Of a stretch of DNA of 64,000 nt, positions 21,793 through 31,271 are shown one piece after another (position 1 is the first letter of the stretch; each line of letters opens with the position of its first letter). This DNA comes from a virus. A program made the translations under genes and the position numbers. The stretch is taken from the IMG/VR virus record IMGVR_UViG_3300028610_000246. The stretch is one strand, 5' to 3'. Under the pieces are notes generated by a model. The model was not told the DNA's origin. It was given only the letters and a program-made list of their open reading frames with translations, and did no database searches.

Positions 21793-22104
21793 ATGAAATA
21801 TCTAAAACTCTTGAAAAAGTATTTATTCGTATTCGTAGGGGCTGTTTTGTTCGGTATGGCTGCAATCAAAGTTAAGTCCGCCCAAAGATCTGAAAATAAA
21901 ATGTCTCAGAAATTACGTGAATTAGCAGAAGCAGGTATTGATGATCAAGATAAGATTATAGCAAAGAACGTAAATGATCTCAGAAAGGCACAAGCTCATG
22001 CTTCAAAGGTGAAGAAAAATGCAATCAAAAAACTCGATAATATTTCTAGCAACAGTGAAAGTGTTGGTAGTCTGCTCAATGACTATAATCGTGACAGGGT
22101 GTAG
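21793..22104 (+). CDS. i-spanin (Rz-like) candidate
   Basis: N-terminal TM helix followed by coiled coil. Confidence 0.55.
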   Translation: MKYLKLLKKYLFVFVGAVLFGMAAIKVKSAQRSENKMSQKLRELAEAGIDDQDKIIAKNVNDLRKAQAHASKVKKNAIKKLDNISSNSESVGSLLNDYNRDRV

Positions 22105-22486
22105 TTCATCTCCAACGTTAATTGAATTTAAAGAAGATCCAATAGAGATAAAGGCCGAAGGTCCACTCGATAAATGTATTTGGCCTAAATTACAGGAAAC
22201 TGAACTCGACGATAACACTATTATTTATATGAATGCTGAGGGGTTAAAAGCCCAAAGGTCCTGTCAAGTAACTGAGCAAGGAAATTACGAAATTGCTAAA
22301 GACAATGCAAAATCAGTAGATAATGCTGTCAATGCATTTAATGCTCTAATAAAGAAATCAGAAATACATCATCAGCATGCACAAAATGAACTCGATCGTG
22401 TTGAAGATGAACGAAAGAGTAAAGCCATGGAAGTACTGACTTATCAGGGCTTATTAGCTCTAGTACTAATAGCAATAGCTCTATGA
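22019..22486 (+). CDS. o-spanin (Rz1-like) lipoprotein candidate
   Basis: Overlaps the preceding gene; VTGC lipobox; hydrophobic C-terminus. Confidence 0.5.
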   Translation: MQSKNSIIFLATVKVLVVCSMTIIVTGCSSSPTLIEFKEDPIEIKAEGPLDKCIWPKLQETELDDNTIIYMNAEGLKAQRSCQVTEQGNYEIAKDNAKSVDNAVNAFNALIKKSEIHHQHAQNELDRVEDERKSKAMEVLTYQGLLALVLIAIAL

Positions 22487-22869
22487 ACAGACGTGAATTA
22501 ATATTAGCAATATCTGCTAGTGCAGTAGTTACTGCTGAAGGTTTGTGGCTACCTAGCAGTAAGTTAATATCTATATCTAAAAATCATTTAATTTTAAGTG
22601 AAAGATACATAAGTCTTGTAGATGACTATACGTCTAAAGTATTATGTTCTGTATTACGTAAGGTTGGAGCAGTGAGTATTAAAGATGATGTAGTTAATTT
22701 GACTTTTCCTGAAAACATTGATAATAGTGGTACAATTACTAGTATGTATGCAGGTAAAGTAAAAATCATAGATTCATTTGATACAGAACTAATCCTAGTT
22801 CCAGGTATGACTGTAGATGTTACGATTAAAGATTTAATACCCGAAGTAAAGCTTAATTTATTAATATGA
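22483..22869 (+). CDS. Hypothetical protein with RR-containing N-terminus
   Basis: MNRRELIL resembles a Tat signal; otherwise unassigned. Confidence 0.5.
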   Translation: MNRRELILAISASAVVTAEGLWLPSSKLISISKNHLILSERYISLVDDYTSKVLCSVLRKVGAVSIKDDVVNLTFPENIDNSGTITSMYAGKVKIIDSFDTELILVPGMTVDVTIKDLIPEVKLNLLI

Positions 22870-24257
22870 CTTTAACTAACTCATATCCATTTCCAGGTGT
22901 ATCGTTTCCATTCAGTCATCAGTTGGAAACAGTGGTCTTTATGCTCAAGAATAATATTGGATATGTACTAGATGAAATGGGTACTGGAAAAACGCTTAGT
23001 AGCTTGTGGGCTACAGATATATTGTATATACATGACAAAATTGAAAGTGTATTAATAGTCGCACCCCTATCTACTTTAGACTTTGTATGGGCTAAGGAAT
23101 TACGAAACGGTTTACCGCATAGAACATATACGATACTACATGGTAGTAAGGCTGAAAGATTGAGACGATTAGATACAAAGGTCCACTACTATATCATTAA
23201 TCATGATGGTGTTAAGACCATTACCGCTGCTCTGATTAAGAAAAAATTTGATGCTATTATAATAGACGAACTTACTGCGTTCAAAAATAATCAATCTCAA
23301 CGTACTAGAGATATGAAAAAGATAGTTAAGCATATTCATATTCAAAAGAAGCGTAGAGGATTGTGGGGTTTGGCCGGTGCACCTACGGCCAATAGCCCGT
23401 TAGACGCATTTGGTCAAGCTAAAGTAATTACTCCTGATACTTTGAATCCATTTGATGGTTATTGGACTAGATTTAGAGACGCTATAATGATACAGCTAGA
23501 TATGTACAACTACATACCTAGAACAGGTTGGCAAAGCATCGTAGCTAATACGTTATCACCGTCTATACGACATAAGTTACGAGATTGTATCGATCTCCCT
23601 GAAACTCTACACGAACAACGATCTATAGAAATGAGTCGAGATCAAGCTAGATTATATAAAGAGATGAAGGATAGATTTCTTGTCGAATATAATAATGGTG
23701 AAATATCAGCCAGCAATGCTGGTGTTAAAGCTCTTAAGCTGCTTCAAATTTCAGCTGGTTGTATATACGGTGAGGATAAGAGCCATAACTTTATTGACAA
23801 CGGACCTAAACTCAAAGAATTACATAATATATTCAACGAGTCTGGTAGAGACAAGTTACTCGTATTCGCTACATTCAGAGCCAGCCTTCAGCAAATTAAA
23901 GAGTACTTAGATAGTAAGGGTATATCTTGTAAGATAGTACAAGGTGGTATGAACAGAAATGCACGTACAGCTGTATACAATGAATTTCAAGATGGTGATC
24001 TTGAGGTAATGGCGGCACAACCAGGAACTAGTAGTCATGGATTAAATTTTACTGCATGTAGATACATAGTCTGGTTTACACCGGTACCCAGTAACGAAAT
24101 TAATAAGCAAGCTAATGCACGAATTGTTAGACCGGGTCAACTACGAACTCAAATTATTGTGCGTCTTCATAATTCTCCCGCGGAACGAAGAACTTATAAG
24201 GCATTAGACAACAAGGAAAATATGAGTACGGCGCTCCTCGAGTTACTCTCCTCTTAG
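22866..24257 (+). CDS. SNF2-family helicase
   Basis: LDEMGTGKT, IIIDEL, GAP, HGLNF, QANARIVRPGQ. Confidence 0.9.
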   Translation: MTLTNSYPFPGVSFPFSHQLETVVFMLKNNIGYVLDEMGTGKTLSSLWATDILYIHDKIESVLIVAPLSTLDFVWAKELRNGLPHRTYTILHGSKAERLRRLDTKVHYYIINHDGVKTITAALIKKKFDAIIIDELTAFKNNQSQRTRDMKKIVKHIHIQKKRRGLWGLAGAPTANSPLDAFGQAKVITPDTLNPFDGYWTRFRDAIMIQLDMYNYIPRTGWQSIVANTLSPSIRHKLRDCIDLPETLHEQRSIEMSRDQARLYKEMKDRFLVEYNNGEISASNAGVKALKLLQISAGCIYGEDKSHNFIDNGPKLKELHNIFNESGRDKLLVFATFRASLQQIKEYLDSKGISCKIVQGGMNRNARTAVYNEFQDGDLEVMAAQPGTSSHGLNFTACRYIVWFTPVPSNEINKQANARIVRPGQLRTQIIVRLHNSPAERRTYKALDNKENMSTALLELLSS

Positions 24258-24264
24258 GAACTTG

Positions 24265-24293
24265 TATACATACGTATAATTTCACGGTATAAT
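24265..24293 (+). promoter_or_regulatory. Promoter TATACA-17-TATAAT
   Basis: Upstream of ORF 24309. Confidence 0.8.
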
Positions 24294-24308
24294 AGGTTAA
24301 TATATAGA

Positions 24309-24806
24309 ATGGCTAATCACACTGTAGACTGTAAATATTGTGGCGAAGACATACGTACTATGGGCGTAGTATCCGTTAAGGCACATGAAGATGTCTGTCC
24401 TAAAAAACCAGAGAAGATCGATGATCTTGTAGGTCAATACGTAGCTATTCGTGATAGATTAAGTGAAGTAAGAAAAAAGTGGAAAATATTCGAGGTCAAC
24501 CGTAAGGCTGATATGGAAAAGATCGAGGTTAAGTTACTAGAAAAAGCTAGAAAACTAGGCGTACAGAATTTTAAGACACAACATGGGACTGCTATGTGTG
24601 TAGATAAAGATTTCGCACGTGTAGGAGGTCCAGAGGGCTGGGAAAGATTGACTGCATATATGGTAGAGACAGGTGATTTTGGCCTAGTAGAAAAACGAGT
24701 GGCCAAACTTCATTTTAAAGAAGTAATGGAGACTAAGGGTATAGCACCACAAGATATCGGTGTTGAATATGTCATAGAACAAACAATACAAGTTAGGAGA
24801 TCGTAA
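24309..24806 (+). CDS. Conserved phage replication-cluster protein with N-terminal Zn finger
   Basis: CxxC...HxxxC, coiled coil, KTQHGT; precedes the SSB-like gene. Confidence 0.6.
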   Translation: MANHTVDCKYCGEDIRTMGVVSVKAHEDVCPKKPEKIDDLVGQYVAIRDRLSEVRKKWKIFEVNRKADMEKIEVKLLEKARKLGVQNFKTQHGTAMCVDKDFARVGGPEGWERLTAYMVETGDFGLVEKRVAKLHFKEVMETKGIAPQDIGVEYVIEQTIQVRRS

Positions 24807-25648
24807 TGGCTGGCAAAGAATTAGCTGTACCAAACTGGTTAAAAGCCAAAATAGAAGAAGGCGCTGTAACAGCGGACGCGAGTAAAATAGTTACCACTAT
24901 AGACTCTGTTCCACGTATCAGTCTAAAAGCTAGAAAATTTAACTTCATAGAAAATGGTGAAGTTATAGGTAAGGTGAATGATAGAATCCACGTAGTAATA
25001 GTCGGTGTACAACCAGAAAGTGGTATGGCTAAGACATTTTACGCTGGAGCTTATGAACCTGGAGATACGTCACCACCTGACTGCTCATCTTTTGACGGTG
25101 TTAGGCCTGATTCATGGATTAGTGTACCTATATCTGAAAATTGTTCTGTATGCCCTAATAATAAATGGGGCTCTGCTAAATCTATGTCCGGTGGTAAAGC
25201 TAAGGCATGTCGTGATAGTAAGAGATTGATCGTAGTTAATGCAAAAAATATTAGTGGTGGCACGGCGTTTGTACTCAATGTTACTGTGGCGTCATTAAAG
25301 AACCTAAGTAATTATGGTAAAGAATTAGCTAAACAGGGTATACCGTTAGAGGCGGTTATCACTACTATATCGATAGATGAAGACAGTGATTTCTCTATGT
25401 TAGAATTTGCTGCAGCAGGTGTATTGAAAGAAGATCAAGGTATGTTAGCTATTACCAGATCAAATGAGAGAGCTTGGGAGTCTGGCGCTAGCAGCTCTAC
25501 AGCCATAACAGATCAAAGTTCGGCTGTACAGTCACAGCCTGAGACGCCACCTGCCGCAGCACCGGCTGCGGCTGAAGCTCCACCGGTTGCGACAGAAGCT
25601 ACTGTCACTGAAAACGAAGACATAGATGATTTAATCAGTAACTGGTAG
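24806..25648 (+). CDS. Putative ssDNA-binding protein
   Basis: PDCSSFDGVRP...CxxCPNNKWGS...GKACR pattern; acidic tail EDIDDLISNW. Confidence 0.6.
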   Translation: MAGKELAVPNWLKAKIEEGAVTADASKIVTTIDSVPRISLKARKFNFIENGEVIGKVNDRIHVVIVGVQPESGMAKTFYAGAYEPGDTSPPDCSSFDGVRPDSWISVPISENCSVCPNNKWGSAKSMSGGKAKACRDSKRLIVVNAKNISGGTAFVLNVTVASLKNLSNYGKELAKQGIPLEAVITTISIDEDSDFSMLEFAAAGVLKEDQGMLAITRSNERAWESGASSSTAITDQSSAVQSQPETPPAAAPAAAEAPPVATEATVTENEDIDDLISNW

Positions 25649-25712
25649 TCTCTACTTTTCTCCGTTTAAAACTACTAGTATAGTTATATACTAGCTGAGA
25701 ATAGCAGACTAC
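25645..25712 (-). repeat. ~60-bp palindromic cassette, copy B (antisense to local genes)
   Basis: CTAGTATA-gtta-TATACTAG core; GTAGTC...GACTAC ends. Confidence 0.85.
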
Positions 25713-25720
25713 ATTAAATT

Positions 25721-25795
25721 TGGGGCGCTGACGATTACTTTGAGGAAGCCCAAGTAAAAAGTAAGGTTAATCTTGTTTAACTAGTCAGTGCCCCA
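25721..25795 (+). ncRNA. Candidate three-way-junction leader RNA
   Basis: TGGGGCGCTGAC/GTCAGTGCCCCA 12-bp stem enclosing two hairpins, ending 18 nt before the carbamoyltransferase ATG. Confidence 0.45.
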
Positions 25796-25813
25796 TTCAT
25801 TAGGGAAATTACA

Positions 25814-27475
25814 ATGTCTAGATTATTACTGTCTTTAGGCCACAATTCCAGTGCAATACTGGTAGACGGTGGTCACATAGTAGCTGGATACGAAGAAGAG
25901 AGATTGTCTAAAATCAAGAGTGATAGCACGTTTCCACGACTAGCTATCCAGCAATTAGAAAAATTGCACACAGAAATGTTTAAAGACATATCTGATATAT
26001 ACATATCTCACTGGTTCGTAGACGGTACGCTACCAGAAATTCATGATAAATATTTTGATCCACTATATTTCGAGTTTAACATACCCAAAGCTAGAATTCA
26101 TTCTGTCAGTATGGATTTTACACATCATGATGCTCATGCATGGTCAGCATGTTCATTTATTGGACCGACATTCTCTAAAGAAAATACACTTATAGTGGTA
26201 GCTGACGGATTCGGTAATTTCGGTGAAACTATATCGTTGTACTGGCTAGGACATCACAATGAGCCAAAACTTATCCGAAGGTCCTTTGGCTATCAGTCTA
26301 GTCTAGGACTCATGTATCAGTACGCTACAGCGTTTTTGGGATTAAAAGAGAACCAAGACGAGTATAAGTTATTAGGATACGAAGCTCATATAAGTGATTA
26401 TTTATTGGACGAGGAAATAGAAAAGCTCCAAAGGTCCATCATACATAACGCTGATGTACATTTAGAGATCATCAATAGTCTAGATACCTTCGATAGATAT
26501 GATCCGTTACTAGCACTCGACGCACTACCAGCACTCAGAGTTCACTACGGAATTCACTTTCAAAAGGTCCTAGACAAATTAGACATCAACGACGTCTACT
26601 CAGATGATGCTAGACGAAGTATTATTGCATATTACGTTCAGTCTAGATTAGAATATAGTATGAAGACTATAGTATCGAAATATAAACCTATGAACCTAAT
26701 ACTAGTCGGCGGACTATTCATGAACGTCAAGCTAAATAACGAATTATCTAAGATGGTTAATGAAATCAGTATAATGCCATTAGCCGGTGATCAGGGCGCT
26801 GCCATAGGTCTATATCAAGCCATGGAGTCTGATTTCATATGGCCCGACCACTTAAATTGGGGTACTAGAGAGTTTTATAGTATTTTATGTGATAGATTAC
26901 ATATGTTTATGTGTGATGATCCTGTAGAATACACTCAATTTATAATAGATTTATTGAAACAAGACAAGATAGTCAACGTAATAAAGGGTAATATGGAGTT
27001 TGGAGCTAGGGCTCTAGGTAGCACTACTACTCTAGCTCTACCCAGTAAAGAGAATGTAGAGTATATAAACGAGCTCAATGGACGTAATACTATAATGCCG
27101 ATGGCACCTGTAGTAACTAGACGATCGGCTAATAACTTATTTGAGAATGTCGATAGAGTGCACCAGTCTCTAGAATATATGGTATGTACTAGAGATTATA
27201 GAACTATACCCGAAGAGTGTATGGGTGCTGTCCACTCTCTTCCTATATTCAGACTGAATTCAGCATCTAATCTTACAGGACGACCACAAGTCATAGATTC
27301 TAATCACTGGTTATATCCTGTACTAAAAGTAATGCCGCATGAGATGTTGATTAATACATCCTTTAATGAGCATGGAATGCCAATTTGTTATAGTATGCAA
27401 GACATCTTACGATGTCATCAATATCAGTTATCTAACGATCTACAAAATAGGGTTTATACGGTGATAGTGACATGA
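25814..27475 (+). CDS. Carbamoyltransferase (NodU/CmcH/TobZ family)
   Basis: EEERLSKIK, HHDAH, DGFG, GLMY, EYKLLG, GGLFMNVKLN, GDQGAAIG, MEFGARALG, NTSFNEHGMP. Confidence 0.9.
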   Translation: MSRLLLSLGHNSSAILVDGGHIVAGYEEERLSKIKSDSTFPRLAIQQLEKLHTEMFKDISDIYISHWFVDGTLPEIHDKYFDPLYFEFNIPKARIHSVSMDFTHHDAHAWSACSFIGPTFSKENTLIVVADGFGNFGETISLYWLGHHNEPKLIRRSFGYQSSLGLMYQYATAFLGLKENQDEYKLLGYEAHISDYLLDEEIEKLQRSIIHNADVHLEIINSLDTFDRYDPLLALDALPALRVHYGIHFQKVLDKLDINDVYSDDARRSIIAYYVQSRLEYSMKTIVSKYKPMNLILVGGLFMNVKLNNELSKMVNEISIMPLAGDQGAAIGLYQAMESDFIWPDHLNWGTREFYSILCDRLHMFMCDDPVEYTQFIIDLLKQDKIVNVIKGNMEFGARALGSTTTLALPSKENVEYINELNGRNTIMPMAPVVTRRSANNLFENVDRVHQSLEYMVCTRDYRTIPEECMGAVHSLPIFRLNSASNLTGRPQVIDSNHWLYPVLKVMPHEMLINTSFNEHGMPICYSMQDILRCHQYQLSNDLQNRVYTVIVT

Positions 27476-27909
27476 GCGAACCAACATACGTAAGTATTAA
27501 TAGACAGATGCTGAGTGTAATTGACTTTAACTTCAATATACTCGGAATACCTAAAAGGTCCTTAGGCTTACAGTCGGAGGACGAATTTCGATTATCTATG
27601 CATCAGCTTAGAGAAGAAATTGACGAGATAGAGAAGGCCTTTTCTCATGGCGACTTTATAGGTGTATTAGACGGTTTAGTTGACTTGGAATACTTCTTGT
27701 TAGGTATATTCTATAAGAGTGGTATAAATGAACCAACACATGCAGAATTATTTGATACAGTACATCAAGCTAATTCACTCAAAAAAGTCGGAGTTAAAAC
27801 CGGTAGAGAGGGATATGGAGCGGCAGATGCTGTAAAGCCAGAATCATGGGTTAATCCAGAAATTAAATTTGCTAGAATACTAGATCGAGTAAATAAACGT
27901 GGATCTTAG
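27472..27909 (+). CDS. MazG/PRA-PH-like nucleotide pyrophosphohydrolase
   Basis: LREEIDE...VLDGLVDLEY acidic motif; VHQANSLK...KPESW. Confidence 0.8.
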   Translation: MSEPTYVSINRQMLSVIDFNFNILGIPKRSLGLQSEDEFRLSMHQLREEIDEIEKAFSHGDFIGVLDGLVDLEYFLLGIFYKSGINEPTHAELFDTVHQANSLKKVGVKTGREGYGAADAVKPESWVNPEIKFARILDRVNKRGS

Positions 27910-28420
27910 CAGTAAAAAACGCTCTATAATTGTAGAGGGTGCCGACGCTACTGGTAAATCGACATTAGCTACAAAACTTGGACAACAGTACGGTATATAC
28001 ACATTTCGTGCCGGACCTAAACCCACTAGTACTAAGCATGCAGAGATGTGTATGTTGTATCAGAATATGTGGTTACATAATCAGAGTTGTGTATGGGATA
28101 GACACACTGGAATAAGTAATGTGTGTAATCTACCTGGACTAAGTAAGCAATCTACACGTATGCATGCATACTACGTAAAAGAGGCTCTACAGTATTCCCT
28201 AATAATAGTATGTACTGCTGAAAATTTAGACTCTCATAACCAAGAATCCTATGAGACTGGTGCAGATTTAGAGCGTGTACGTAAGGAACACTCTACAGTA
28301 TCTAACAACTATAAGAAAATGGCACATGACCTTCCCAGTGTAATACGATACGACTTTAAAATAAAGCCGTTTCAAACGTTGATTGAGGAGATAGACCGTG
28401 CGATTTCTATCAGTATATAA
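27899..28420 (+). CDS. P-loop nucleotide monophosphate kinase
   Basis: IIVEGADATGKST and WDRH, thymidylate-kinase-like. Confidence 0.75.
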   Translation: MDLSSKKRSIIVEGADATGKSTLATKLGQQYGIYTFRAGPKPTSTKHAEMCMLYQNMWLHNQSCVWDRHTGISNVCNLPGLSKQSTRMHAYYVKEALQYSLIIVCTAENLDSHNQESYETGADLERVRKEHSTVSNNYKKMAHDLPSVIRYDFKIKPFQTLIEEIDRAISISI

Positions 28421-29210
28421 GGATTTAAAGAGTAAGGGCTCTATAGTCTCACCCAGAGATCAAAAGGTCCTAGAGATACAGGACTACATGTTTACTATGG
28501 GTCCAAGAGATCGATTTACATCGTATTCAGCACGACATCTTAACCTAGACTATGCTAAATTTGAAATGGTGTGGTATCTAACAGGTGATAAATTAGACAA
28601 ACGCATAACCAAATCAGCAGCCATGTGGTCAGATTTACGACAGCCGGATGGATCATGGTTTTCTAATTATGGCCAATACTGGTTCGGTGATCCACAACAG
28701 GGTTTTGAATGGGTTATCAATCAACTATTTTCGGATAAGGATAGTCGTCAGGCAGTTATTCCAATGTTACATAGACGTAATCTATTTACTGGGAATAAGG
28801 ACGTAGTATGTACTCAGTGTATATCATTTCGTATACGAGATAACAAGCTCTATATGAGTGTTAACATGCGGAGTCAAGATGCCATATGGGGTATGACTAA
28901 TGACATATTCTGTTTCTCAGTATTACATGAAATGATATACGTAGTTTTACGTGACGGTAAATATCATAATCTAGTTATGGGATCATATACTCATAAAGTA
29001 GACTCATTTCACGTATACGAAAAACACTTTGGTATGCTAGATAGAATTATAATCGAAGGCCACGGTGGATATACTGAAATATACTGTCCAGAAATATATG
29101 ATAATCGTGAAGTAATGAATCTTCTCAACTATAAAGCGAGAGATTGCGTAGCACAACATCTATTTACGGAGTGGTTATATGAGAATAGATACTCGGATGG
29201 ACATCGATGA
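28398..29210 (+). CDS. Thymidylate synthase homologue, dCMP hydroxymethylase type
   Basis: DVVCTQ...IRD...VNMRSQDAIWGMTND matches the T4 gp42 pattern, with Asp at the specificity position. Confidence 0.8.
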   Translation: MRFLSVYKDLKSKGSIVSPRDQKVLEIQDYMFTMGPRDRFTSYSARHLNLDYAKFEMVWYLTGDKLDKRITKSAAMWSDLRQPDGSWFSNYGQYWFGDPQQGFEWVINQLFSDKDSRQAVIPMLHRRNLFTGNKDVVCTQCISFRIRDNKLYMSVNMRSQDAIWGMTNDIFCFSVLHEMIYVVLRDGKYHNLVMGSYTHKVDSFHVYEKHFGMLDRIIIEGHGGYTEIYCPEIYDNREVMNLLNYKARDCVAQHLFTEWLYENRYSDGHR

Positions 29211-29658
29211 ATACTTTACTAAAATGGTTCGTCTTGCTAGTTTACGTGGTGCCTGTATTCGTCGTAAAACTGGCTGTATCCTTGTTAATGATCGCAATCA
29301 TGTTATTGCTACTGGGTATAATGGTCGTTCTAGCGGCGTGCGTAACTGTCTTCAAGACCCTTGCGGAGGTAGCGAAATGGATTCTGGATTGGGTCTGGAG
29401 CGATGCGAAGCTATACACGCCGAAGCAAATGCTCTTCTCCAGTGTCCAGATGTATTTACGATTAAAACGGTGTATTGTACGACTGCTCCGTGCATTCACT
29501 GCGTCAAACTCTTAACTAATACTTCTTGTGATAGAGTAGTATTTTTAGACACATATCCACATGAATCAGAAAGTGAAAAACTGTGGATAAAATCAAACCC
29601 ACTTAGATTGTGGGAACATTGTCCTGAGCAATTAGATTTTATCGGAGAACAGAGATGA
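29179..29658 (+). CDS. dCMP deaminase family protein
   Basis: TGYNG, HAEANA, TAPCIHC Zn motifs. Confidence 0.9.
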   Translation: MRIDTRMDIDEYFTKMVRLASLRGACIRRKTGCILVNDRNHVIATGYNGRSSGVRNCLQDPCGGSEMDSGLGLERCEAIHAEANALLQCPDVFTIKTVYCTTAPCIHCVKLLTNTSCDRVVFLDTYPHESESEKLWIKSNPLRLWEHCPEQLDFIGEQR

Positions 29659-30131
29659 CAGACGGCACAACACAAATGGATCCACTAATACTCATTAAAA
29701 GAGTTATAGATAAAGCAGGGATAGACGGAACACTCACAGAAAATGCAGCTAAATACTTTAACGATAAACTTACACAAAATAAAGAGATGAAGACCAAAAT
29801 CTCTACATTGGAGACTATGGTCGAATCAAGAACAGAAAAAATAGCCACGTTAGAAGCTAGTAACAATCGATTAATGACAGAAAATACTGAATGGCAGAAG
29901 CGAGAAACCGAACTAGAAACACGTGAAGATGAGATGCTCAGATTAGAGTTAACAGCTCAATTTGAGGCTGAACGAGTCACTGATCATAAAGAGATGTTCG
30001 GCCAGGTATTTCGCAATATCGAAGTGCGTCGTGACATATTTACAGCTTATCCTGGTTCAGATGGCGGGCAGTATCAAACACCTATAGCTGGCGGCGTAGA
30101 ACATAATGTAGAAACGACTAAAACAGAGTAG
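29655..30131 (+). CDS. Coiled-coil hypothetical protein
   Basis: Heptad-rich E/K/T sequence. Confidence 0.6.
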   Translation: MTDGTTQMDPLILIKRVIDKAGIDGTLTENAAKYFNDKLTQNKEMKTKISTLETMVESRTEKIATLEASNNRLMTENTEWQKRETELETREDEMLRLELTAQFEAERVTDHKEMFGQVFRNIEVRRDIFTAYPGSDGGQYQTPIAGGVEHNVETTKTE

Positions 30132-30184
30132 TCCACTATTCTCTGCTAGTATATAACTATACTAGTAGTTCTGAACGGAGTAAA
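30128..30184 (+). repeat. ~60-bp palindromic cassette, copy C, supplying the ligase RBS
   Basis: Reverse-orientation copy ending GGAGTAAA just before ATG 30189. Confidence 0.85.
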
Positions 30185-30188
30185 GCGG

Positions 30189-31271
30189 ATGCGTACGAAA
30201 GATGTTAAGTTGTACAAAGTAGACAAAAACGGCTCAGAGCGTCTCTGGACCATAAAAATATACGACAACACCATCGTTATCCAGTACGGTCAGTTGGGTG
30301 GAGCTATGCAGACGCAGACAGAGACAGTAGACAAGGGACTGGCTAGCCGCACTCTTGACGAACAGTTACTTAGTAGAGTAAAATCTAGGGTTAATAAGCA
30401 GCTAGATAAAGGTTACAATAAGACATTGGAAGATGCTCATAAAAATAAGGGTAAAGACGCGTCTGGAAACATCAAGCCAATGCTAGCTCAGCCGATCAAG
30501 AGAATATCGTATATAGATTGGGAAACTGCCTTTACTCAATGGAAGTATGACGGCCATCGTATGATGGTGGAGGTGCAAGATGGACAAGCTAGGGCTTGGT
30601 CAAGACTCGGTAAACCTATTACTTCAGTTCAGCATATTTTGGATCTTCTTTCTAAGCTTCCTAGCGGCACTATTCTGGACGGTGAGCTATACCATCATGG
30701 TACTCCATTACAGACAATTGCTTCTTGGGTCAAGAGGAGTCAACCTGAGTCTAACAATCTTATCTATATTATATTTGATATGGTACATCCCGCACCTTTT
30801 ATAGAAAGATTTAATGGTATACAGATGAGATTAAATTCACGTGATATGAATAATAATCCACATATTCAAATAGCTACTACTGGTAAGATTAATAACTCTG
30901 AAGCCATAGGTCCTAATCTCAGATATGCTATAGATCAGGGATATGAGGGCTTGATACTACGACACAGTACTGCGTCATACGAAATAGGCACAAGGTCCAG
31001 ATCGTTAGTCAAGATCAAGCAAATGTTCGATTCTGAATTTAGATGTATAGCAATAAATGAGTCAGCAGACGGGTGGGCCGTCCTACAATGTGAAGACGGT
31101 GCGGGTCGTAAGTTCAATGTATCTGCACCAGGAACCATAGACGATAAGAGGGAAGTGCTCTATAACGCAGACGAGTATATCGGTCGAAGCATCACAGTAG
31201 AATATAGTCAATTGACTAAAGATAAAATACCGTTTCATCCCGTAGCCATTAGATGGAGAGAAGACGTATGA
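30189..31271 (+). CDS. ATP-dependent DNA ligase with WGR-like N-terminus
   Basis: KYDGHR, LDGEL, IFD, EGLILR, VKIK and OB-fold TVEY motifs. Confidence 0.9.
   Translation: MRTKDVKLYKVDKNGSERLWTIKIYDNTIVIQYGQLGGAMQTQTETVDKGLASRTLDEQLLSRVKSRVNKQLDKGYNKTLEDAHKNKGKDASGNIKPMLAQPIKRISYIDWETAFTQWKYDGHRMMVEVQDGQARAWSRLGKPITSVQHILDLLSKLPSGTILDGELYHHGTPLQTIASWVKRSQPESNNLIYIIFDMVHPAPFIERFNGIQMRLNSRDMNNNPHIQIATTGKINNSEAIGPNLRYAIDQGYEGLILRHSTASYEIGTRSRSLVKIKQMFDSEFRCIAINESADGWAVLQCEDGAGRKFNVSAPGTIDDKREVLYNADEYIGRSITVEYSQLTKDKIPFHPVAIRWREDV

Noticed and set aside
17663-27909. Z-genome (2-aminoadenine) system, suggested by the odd PolA plus MazG
   Set aside because: No PurZ/adenylosuccinate synthetase or DatZ-like HD gene seen; the context points to cytosine
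28398-29210. Ordinary ThyA or dUMP hydroxymethylase
   Set aside because: Asp rather than Asn at the specificity position, and a T4 gp42-like CT motif instead of PCH
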